Part shown: positions 5,485 to 11,747 of the stretch, in pieces | Layout of the letters: each line of letters opens with the position of its first letter | Numbering within the stretch: the first letter of the stretch is position 1 | Program-made: the position numbers and the translations under genes | Notes under the pieces: generated by a model | Told to the model about the DNA's origin: nothing | The model's database searches: none | The model's input: the letters and a program-made list of their open reading frames with translations, nothing else | Origin: Candidatus Rokuibacteriota bacterium | GTDB taxonomy: Bacteria; Methylomirabilota; Methylomirabilia; Rokubacteriales; CSP1-6 | Reading direction: 5' to 3' | DNA length: 11,747 nucleotides | NCBI GenBank assembly: GCA_016184305.1 | Contig: JACPCX010000029.1 | Location: 1-11,747, forward strand

Positions 5485-6599
5485 CCGAGCTGCCGCCCGA
5501 ACCTCCACAGGCCCAGCCCGAGAATCGCCAGCCCGAGGCCCGCCATGGCCAGCGCCTGCGGCCAGAGCACGTCCATCCCGACGCCCTTCATGAAGATCCC
5601 GAGGCCGATCTCCATGTAGTACCGCAGCGGGCTCAGGACCGACAGGAGCTGGATGGGCCCGGGCATGCTCTCCACCGGGACGATGACACCGGAGATCACC
5701 ATGACCGGGAAGATGATGAAGAAGCCCAGCAGGAGGGCCTGCTGGAGGTTGCCGGCCACGGTCCCGACCAGGAGGCCGAGCCCCAGGCTGCTGAAGAGGA
5801 AGAGGGCGGACAGCGAGAAGAAGAGCGGCAGGCTGCCACGGATCGGGACCGCGAACCACCAGGGGACCCAGAGCGCGAGGGCCAGCGAGGCCAGGCTCAC
5901 CACGAAGGTCGGGATCACCTTGGCCAGCATGAGCTGCCACGACGCGAAGGGCATCACCAGCAGCTGCTCGATCGTGCCCGCTTCCTTCTCCCAGGCCAGC
6001 CCCGCCGCCGGGAGGATGACGGCGATCATCATCACCGCCAGCGTGAGCATCGAGACGACCTCGAAGTCCACGCTCCGCAGCGCGGGATTGTACCAGGCGC
6101 GGCGCTCGTTGCGAACAGCCGGCGCCACGCTGGCCCCCGGTCCTGCGAGCCTCCGCATCTCCACCTCGCCCGAGTACTGGCGCACGATCCTGGTGGCGTA
6201 TCCCAGCGCGATCAGCGCCGAGTTGGAGTTCGATCCGTCCAGGAGCAGCTGCACCGACGCGGGGCGCCGCTGCTCGAGCTGGCGGGAGAAGTCCGGCGGG
6301 ATCACCAGGCCCACCGTCGCGCGCCCGGACTCGAGGAGGTCATCGAGCGCCGCGGCGCTCCGCGGGTGGTAGCGGACGTCGAAGTACTCCGTCGGTTCGA
6401 AGCGGGCGACGAGCTCGCGGCTGGCAGGCCGCCCGTCCAGGTCCTGCACCGCCATCGCGATATGGGTCACATCGTACGTGATCGCGTAGGCGCAGATCCC
6501 GATCTCCACGGAGATCGTCCAGATCACGAGCACGATGAGCGGCTTGCGCCGGAAGAACTGGATGAACTCCTTCCTGACCAGCGCGGCCAGCGGCCCCAT
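5481..6599 (-). CDS. ABC-2 type exporter permease (YbhR-like)
   Basis: LVRKEFIQFFR start, periplasmic domain, AWYNPAL, WEKEAGTIEQLLVMP, SGVIVPVESMP..IQLLSVLSPLRYY, six predicted TM segments. Confidence 0.95.
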   Translation of the reverse strand: MGPLAALVRKEFIQFFRRKPLIVLVIWTISVEIGICAYAITYDVTHIAMAVQDLDGRPASRELVARFEPTEYFDVRYHPRSAAALDDLLESGRATVGLVIPPDFSRQLEQRRPASVQLLLDGSNSNSALIALGYATRIVRQYSGEVEMRRLAGPGASVAPAVRNERRAWYNPALRSVDFEVVSMLTLAVMMIAVILPAAGLAWEKEAGTIEQLLVMPFASWQLMLAKVIPTFVVSLASLALALWVPWWFAVPIRGSLPLFFSLSALFLFSSLGLGLLVGTVAGNLQQALLLGFFIIFPVMVISGVIVPVESMPGPIQLLSVLSPLRYYMEIGLGIFMKGVGMDVLWPQALAMAGLGLAILGLGLWRFGRQLG

Positions 6600-6602
6600 G
6601 GC

Positions 6603-7745
6603 TCACCCGATCTTCTTCCGGAAGAGGAGCGAGGCGGCCGCCAGGAGCGCCGCCCCGTACGCGAGAAGGATGGCGGCCTCCGGCCACAGGCGCCCGAGCC
6701 CGACCCCCTTGAGGGAGATCCCGCGGGCGATCTCCAGGAAGTAGGGAGCCGGGAAGAGATGCGCGTACCACTGGAAGGCCGCCGGCATGCTCGCGATCGG
6801 GAAGAGGAAGCCGGAGAAGAGGAATGCCGGCATCAGCGTGAGCACGATCGAGAGCAGCAGCGCCACCACCTGGGTGCGGGTCACGGTGGAGATCAGGAGG
6901 CCGATCCCCACCGTGCACAGGACGTAGACGAGGGAGAGGCCAAGGAGCAGGGCGAGGCTGCCTCTGACAGGCGCGCCGAACCAGAGGCGGCCGACGACGA
7001 GCAGCAGCAGCATCTCGAGGAACGCGATGCCGGCATAGGGCAGGAGCTTCCCAGCGAGGAACTCCCAGGGACGGACCGGCGAGACATAGATCTGGAGCAC
7101 CGACCCCCGCTCGCGCTCCCGCACCACGGCCAGCGCCGTCAGCAGCGGCGGGAAGGCCATGAGGATCACCGCGAACAGGCCCGGGACCACGAAGTGCTCG
7201 CTCCGCAGTCCCGGGTTGTACCGGACCCGGGGCTCGAGCCGGATTGCGGAGGCCCCCTCGCGGGTCCCCCCCGCCTGGACAGCCAGCCGGCGCTCCTGGA
7301 CGCGGCGCGCATAGGCCTCGGTGATGGCATCGACGTAGTTCAGCGCGATGATCGCCGTGTTGGCGAACGAGCCGTCCAGCAGCGTCTGCACCTGCGCGGA
7401 CAGCCCCTGCCCCAGATTCCGAGCGAAGCCGGCCGGGATCACCAGCGCCACCCGCACGGCTCCCTGGTCGAGGAGGCGCTCGACCTCGCCCGGGCTCCGG
7501 ACGACCCGGTGGAGCCGGAAGTAGCCCGACTGCAGGAAGCTCGCCGCGAACTCGCGGCTCTCGGGGCTGCCGTCCTCGTCCAGCACCGCGAGCCGGACCG
7601 CCCGGACGTCCAGCGTGATGGCGTAGGCGAAGAGGAACATCATGAGGACCGGCAACGCGATGGCGATGCCGAGAGTGATCGGGTCCCGCAGGATCTCGCG
7701 CGTCTCCTTCCTGGCCACCGCGAGGAGGCGCCGCAGGCTAGCCAC
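6603..7745 (-). CDS. ABC-2 type exporter permease (YbhS-like)
   Basis: VARKETREILRDP, RYNPGLRS..FVVPGL, VRERERGSVLQIYVSP, LFSGFLFPIASMP. GTG start overlaps the ATPase stop. Confidence 0.95.
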   Translation of the reverse strand: MASLRRLLAVARKETREILRDPITLGIAIALPVLMMFLFAYAITLDVRAVRLAVLDEDGSPESREFAASFLQSGYFRLHRVVRSPGEVERLLDQGAVRVALVIPAGFARNLGQGLSAQVQTLLDGSFANTAIIALNYVDAITEAYARRVQERRLAVQAGGTREGASAIRLEPRVRYNPGLRSEHFVVPGLFAVILMAFPPLLTALAVVRERERGSVLQIYVSPVRPWEFLAGKLLPYAGIAFLEMLLLLVVGRLWFGAPVRGSLALLLGLSLVYVLCTVGIGLLISTVTRTQVVALLLSIVLTLMPAFLFSGFLFPIASMPAAFQWYAHLFPAPYFLEIARGISLKGVGLGRLWPEAAILLAYGAALLAAASLLFRKKIG

Positions 7746-9477
7746 CGGCCTCCCTCCGCCCCTGCTCTTCCATGTCGATGAAGATGACGAAGAGATCCTC
7801 CAGCGAGAGCGGGACGGGGCGCAGGCCCTCGAGCGACAGGCCTGCGCCCGCCAGGGTGTCGCGGATCACGGGCTCCGCCGCGGCGGGATCCTCCACGAGC
7901 ACGTGCACCCGGCTCCCGAACAGGCTCGTCCGGCCCAGCCCGGGTACGGCTCTGAGCGCGCGAAGCGCCGTGAACGGCACCCGGCACGCCAGCTCCAGCA
8001 TGACGCCCGCCCGCATCCCCTCCTTCAGGGCCCGTGGATCTCCCTCCGCGATCAGCCGCCCCTGGTACATGAGCCCGAGCCGGTGGCAGCGCTCGGCCTC
8101 GTCGAGATAGTGGGTGGTCACGAACACCGTGGTGCCCGCCGCGGAGAGCGTGCCGATGAGATCCCAGAACTCCCGCCGCGCCATCGGATCCACCCCGGCC
8201 GTCGGCTCGTCGAGGAACAGGACCTCGGGCTCGTGGAGGATCGCGCACCCGAGGGCCAGGCGCTGCTTCACCCCGCCGGACACCTCGCGGGCGAGGCGGC
8301 GCTCCTGTCCGCTCAGCCCGCCCATCTCCAGCGCCCACGCCGAGCGCTCGGCCAGCCGCCGGCGCGAGAGCCCGTAGCCCCGCCCGAAGAAGGCCAGGTT
8401 CTCCTCGACCGTCAGGTCGTCGTAGAGCGAGAAGCGCTGAGACATGTAGCCGATCCGGGCCCTGATCCCCCGGGCATCCCGGGAGGTGTCGTAGCCCAGC
8501 ACCTCGCCGAGCCCGGCCGAGGGGGGGAGGACGCCGCAGAGCATCCGGATGGTAGTGGTCTTCCCTGACCCGTTGGGCCCGAGGAAGCCGAATACCTCGC
8601 CGCGGTGTACCGCGAGGGAGACATGGTCCACGGCGACGAAGCCTCCGAAGGCTTTCGTGAGGCGGTCGAGCCTGACCACGACTGCGTCCCGCGCCATGGC
8701 GGCCTGGACGCGCGGCGCCGGCACCGCGCCCCGGCCCATCGCCGCCCGATCCCTGCCCGCCACGAGCGACACGAAGGCATCCTCCATCGATGCGCCGGGC
8801 CCCGCCTCGGCCTTGAGGGCCCCGGGCGGACCCGAGCGGATCACGCGTCCCCGGTGCATGAGGGCCACGCGGTGGCATTGCTCGGCCTCGTCCATGTAGG
8901 GCGTGGCGACCATGAGCGTGAGGCCGCGCTCGACGAGATCATGCAGGATCTCCCAGAGCTCCCGGCGGGACACCGGGTCCACGCCAGCGGTGGGCTCGTC
9001 GAGCAGGAGAATCTCCGGCTCGTGGATCAGGGCGGAGCAGAGGTGGAGCTTCTTCTGCATCCCTCCCGAGAGGTGTCCGGCCCTTCTCGCGCGGAAGGGC
9101 GCGAGGCGGCTCCATGCCAGCAGCCTCTCCTTCCGGCTGCGCCGGAGCGCGCCCGGCACGCCGTGCAGGTCCGCGAAGAAGTCCAGGTTCTCCTCGACGG
9201 TGAGAGTCCCGTAGAGCGTGAACTCCTGGGAAACGTAGCCGATCCTCTGCCGGAGCGTGGTGGCGTCGCGCGTAACATCCAGCCCGAGCACCGTCGCACG
9301 CCCCGCCGTCGGATCCAGGAGGCCGGCCAGGAGCCGGAGCAGCGTGGTCTTCCCGGCGCCGTTGGGACCGAGCAGCCCGAAGATCTCCCCCGGCGCCACG
9401 TCCAGTTCCACGCCCTCGACAGCCGGCGTGGCGCCGAACCGTCTGCTCAGGCGCTCGACCTCGATCGCCGCGGGCAT
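7738..9477 (-). CDS. ABC transporter ATP-binding protein with two fused NBDs (YbhF-like)
   Basis: Two Walker A motifs (GPNGAGKT, GPNGSGKT), two signatures (LSGGM, VSGGV), two Walker B/D-loops (DEPTAGVDP). Start overlaps the HlyD stop (TGATG). Confidence 0.96.
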   Translation of the reverse strand: MPAAIEVERLSRRFGATPAVEGVELDVAPGEIFGLLGPNGAGKTTLLRLLAGLLDPTAGRATVLGLDVTRDATTLRQRIGYVSQEFTLYGTLTVEENLDFFADLHGVPGALRRSRKERLLAWSRLAPFRARRAGHLSGGMQKKLHLCSALIHEPEILLLDEPTAGVDPVSRRELWEILHDLVERGLTLMVATPYMDEAEQCHRVALMHRGRVIRSGPPGALKAEAGPGASMEDAFVSLVAGRDRAAMGRGAVPAPRVQAAMARDAVVVRLDRLTKAFGGFVAVDHVSLAVHRGEVFGFLGPNGSGKTTTIRMLCGVLPPSAGLGEVLGYDTSRDARGIRARIGYMSQRFSLYDDLTVEENLAFFGRGYGLSRRRLAERSAWALEMGGLSGQERRLAREVSGGVKQRLALGCAILHEPEVLFLDEPTAGVDPMARREFWDLIGTLSAAGTTVFVTTHYLDEAERCHRLGLMYQGRLIAEGDPRALKEGMRAGVMLELACRVPFTALRALRAVPGLGRTSLFGSRVHVLVEDPAAAEPVIRDTLAGAGLSLEGLRPVPLSLEDLFVIFIDMEEQGRREAGG

Positions 9478-10655
9478 CAGTCAGGTCGCCCGTCAGCCCA
9501 CGCCGCGCCGGCCATCCACCGGATCCGGCCGTCCACCGCCATCCCCGGCTTGAGCACCCCCGCCGGATTCTCCAGGGCGAGCTTGGCGGCGAAGACCAGC
9601 TTCGCGCGCTCATCCTTCATGTGGACGTCCCGCGGCGTGAACTCCGCCTGCTGCGAGATCTCGACCACCGCGCCCTTGAAGTGCCGCCCCGGGAAGGCGT
9701 CGGTGTAGACGCGGGCGGCATCGCCGAGCTTCACTTTGCCGAGGTCGCGCTCGGCGACATAGACCTTGGCGTGGAGCCTCGACAGATCGACGAGAGTGAC
9801 CAGGGGCGTTCCCGCCGCCACGACCTCGCCCGCCTCCACCATCCTGGTGAGGACGGTGCCGGAGAAGGGCGCGGGCACGCGCGTATCGTCCAGGTTGGCG
9901 CGGGCGAGCTTCACACCGGCGGCTGCGGACTGGATCCGCGCCTCCGCCGTCGCCACCGCCGCGCTGGCCTCGCGGACGCGCTCGGCCGCCGTGCGGCCCT
10001 CGCTCCGGCGCAGCTCCACCGCGATCCGGGAGGCGCGGGCCAGCTCGAGCGCGGCCTGCGCCTGGGCGACCTGCTCCCGGGCGGCTGCCACGCGGGCGCG
10101 GGCGACCGCGTCGGCGGCCCGCGCCTCATCCAACTGCTGGGCGGCAATCAGATCCCTGGCGAAGAGCTCGCGGGAGCGCCCGTGATCCCGGGCCGCCTTG
10201 TCCTGATCGGCCTCCGCTTGCGTGAGCTGCGCCCGTATGGCTCCAAGCCCGGCCTCGGCCTCTTCGGTCCGGGCCGCCGACTCACGCTCAGCCAGCGTCA
10301 CGGCCGCCTCGGCGCTCTCGGCCTGCCGCTGCGCCAAGACGACCCCGGCGCGCGCCTCGCCCAGCTGCTCGCGGGCGGTGTGCAGCGCGTGCTCGGTCTG
10401 CTCGAGCTGGGCGCGTGCCTGCTCGGAGCTGAGCTCGGCGATAGGCTGGCCGGCCGCCACCCTGTCCCCCTCCCGGACCGCCAGTCGGACGATCTTTCCC
10501 CCGACCCTGGCGCCGATCGCCGCCTGGTCTCCCTCGATCCGCCCGCTGATCTCGAGAACGCCGGGGGGAGGCAGCGCGGGCCGCCAGAGCATCCAGGCTC
10601 CGACGGTGAGCGCCCCCGCCAGCGCACCCGCGAGAACCATCTTCCATCTGGACAT
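9477..10655 (-). CDS. HlyD-family efflux membrane fusion (periplasmic adaptor) protein (YbhG-like)
   Basis: GAGGT SD; N-terminal TM helix; ISGRIEG, VREGDRVAAGQ lipoyl-like halves; long Ala/Gln coiled coil; APFSGTV, AEFTPRDV, LKPGMAVDG. Confidence 0.95.
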   Translation of the reverse strand: MSRWKMVLAGALAGALTVGAWMLWRPALPPPGVLEISGRIEGDQAAIGARVGGKIVRLAVREGDRVAAGQPIAELSSEQARAQLEQTEHALHTAREQLGEARAGVVLAQRQAESAEAAVTLAERESAARTEEAEAGLGAIRAQLTQAEADQDKAARDHGRSRELFARDLIAAQQLDEARAADAVARARVAAAREQVAQAQAALELARASRIAVELRRSEGRTAAERVREASAAVATAEARIQSAAAGVKLARANLDDTRVPAPFSGTVLTRMVEAGEVVAAGTPLVTLVDLSRLHAKVYVAERDLGKVKLGDAARVYTDAFPGRHFKGAVVEISQQAEFTPRDVHMKDERAKLVFAAKLALENPAGVLKPGMAVDGRIRWMAGAAWADGRPD

Positions 10656-10702
10656 CGGCTACCTCGCTTCGGCTCCCCGCCCCGTTGCGTCGGCCTGGCG
10701 AC

Positions 10703-10722
10703 GTGGCGGCTCGCGCCGCCAC
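10703..10722 (-). other. Perfect 8-bp hairpin with GNRA tetraloop in the 5' leader of the ABC operon
   Basis: Minus strand GUGGCGGC-GCGA-GCCGCCAC; extendable with bulges (CGG/UCG, GGC-CUGG/CCAGGCC). No U-tract follows. Confidence 0.5.
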
Positions 10723-10793
10723 CCGATCCAGCGCCACTTCCAGCACCACGACATTGACGATCTGGCTCACCGGGCACTCCGTGGAGGGGGTGG

Positions 10794-10809
10794 TGCAAGC
10801 GGCCTGCCA
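10794..10809 (-). promoter_or_regulatory. Sigma-54 (RpoN) -24/-12 promoter upstream of the ABC exporter operon
   Basis: Minus strand TGGCAGGCCGCTTGCA versus consensus TGGCACG-N4-TTGCW: one mismatch and exact GG-N10-GC spacing. It is intergenic, correctly oriented, and adjacent to a sigma-54 activator gene. Confidence 0.85.
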
Positions 10810-10819
10810 GCCGCTCGGA

Positions 10820-10834
10820 GGACAGAACGTGTCC
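10820..10834. promoter_or_regulatory. Palindrome GGACA-N5-TGTCC just upstream of the sigma-54 promoter, candidate regulator site
   Basis: ggaca gaacg tgtcc: perfect 5-bp arms, 10 bp upstream of the -24 element. Confidence 0.35.
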
Positions 10835-10922
10835 GTCCAACGGCCGCATCCAGCCGCGGCCCCGTCACGCCGGGCGGTGGCCAGCGGGGCCGGCTCTCTG
10901 CTGCCTGGCGGGATGCCGCCTA

Positions 10923-11747
10923 TCAGGGACGCCGCTGTGCGTCGCCTTCGTAGACCTTCAGCTTTCGCCACAAGGTGTGCAGGCTGATCCCGAGCGCCTT
11001 GGCGGTGCGGGTGCGGCTGCCGTGATGCCGCTCGAGCGCCGCGAGGAGCGGCCCCGTGAGCCCGCCCAGCGCCGGAGATGCCCCGCCCTCGCGCAGGGCC
11101 GGTGGCAGGTCGGCGACCGTGATGCGGTCGCGCGTGGCCAGGACCACGGCGCGCTCGAGCGCGTTCTGGAGCTCGCGGACATTGCCCGGCCAGGCGTAGC
11201 CCGTCAGGAGATCGAGGGCCTCCGCCGAGATGGCGCGGATCTCCTTTCCCTGCGCCGCGGCATGCCGCTCGAGGAAGAGCCGGGCGAGCGAGACGATGTC
11301 CTCCCGCCGATCCCGGAGCGGAGGGATCACGATGTTGATGACGTTGAGCCGGTAGTAGAGGTCATGCCGGAACTCGCCGCCGGCCACCGCCTGCTCCAGG
11401 TTCCGGTTGGTCGCGGCAAGGACCCGGACGTCCACCCGCACCGAGGTCGTCGCGCCGACACGCCGGATCTCGCGCTCCTGGAGCGCCCGGAGCAGCTTGA
11501 CCTGGATGGCCGGAGGCGCCTCGGCGATCTCGTCGAGGAGAAGGGTCCCGCGGCCGGCCTCCTCGAAGAGCCCCTTCTTGTCCGCGACGGCGCCCGTGAA
11601 GGATCCCCGCAGGTGCCCGAACAGCTCGCTCTCCAGGAGCGGCTCCGGAACCGCCCCGCAGTTGATCGCGACGAACGGCCCCTTCGCCCGGCGGCTCCGC
11701 TCGTGGATGTACCGGGCCACCAGCTCCTTGCCCGTCCCGCTCTCCCC
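10923..11747 (-). CDS. Sigma-54-dependent transcriptional activator (NtrC/AtoC-type AAA+ domain with Fis-type HTH), 5' end outside the window
   Basis: The frame is open from the window edge: GESGTGKE (Walker A), ESELFGH..GSFTGA, LLLDEI (Walker B), [19 protein letters not shown], and HTH AKALGIS..TLWRKLK. Ends with TGA TAG. Confidence 0.97.
   Translation of the reverse strand, partial: GESGTGKELVARYIHERSRRAKGPFVAINCGAVPEPLLESELFGHLRGSFTGAVADKKGLFEEAGRGTLLLDEIAEAPPAIQVKLLRALQEREIRRVGATTSVRVDVRVLAATNRNLEQAVAGGEFRHDLYYRLNVINIVIPPLRDRREDIVSLARLFLERHAAAQGKEIRAISAEALDLLTGYAWPGNVRELQNALERAVVLATRDRITVADLPPALREGGASPALGGLTGPLLAALERHHGSRTRTAKALGISLHTLWRKLKVYEGDAQRRP

Noticed and set aside
8880..8915. 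First NBD of the ABC ATPase lacks the H-loop His (ATPYMDEA versus TTHYLDEA)
   Set aside because: A non-His residue here is a common trait of YbhF-like double-NBD ATPases, so it is not novel.
11586..11603. GSFTGA instead of GAFTGA in the activator
   Set aside because: A common functional variant among sigma-54 activators.
1..11747. CRISPR arrays, tRNA/rRNA genes, IS elements, integrases, long direct repeats
   Set aside because: None seen on reading either strand.

Overview
GC-rich bacterial DNA in which every credible gene lies on the minus strand. Read in the direction of transcription (right to left): a sigma-54 enhancer-binding protein (5' end outside the window); a near-consensus sigma-54 -24/-12 promoter; a YbhGFSR-like ABC export system (HlyD adaptor, double-NBD ATPase, two ABC-2 permeases); an orphan HtrA-type PDZ fragment; a compact Rieske/cytochrome b complex (Tat Rieske protein, cytochrome b6+subunit IV+cytochrome c fusion, tandem diheme cytochrome c); a possible cupredoxin C-terminal remnant; an exported rhodanese; a membrane protein resembling a SHOCT protein that has lost the SHOCT domain; a second sigma-54-like promoter; a small Cys/His membrane ORF ending in DAPPK; a truncated HtrA protease N-terminus; and hflK (runs off the left edge, absent from the ORF track). 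The most notable points are (1) the Rieske protein has Ser where one canonical iron-ligating Cys should be (SPCH instead of CPCH), (2) the DAPPK ORF plus an SD-sequestering hairpin resembles a metal-sensing ribosome-stalling leader, and (3) several spacers appear to be gene remnants, suggesting a cassette assembled by deletion and shuffling. All calls come from reading motifs by eye; no searches or folding programs were run.
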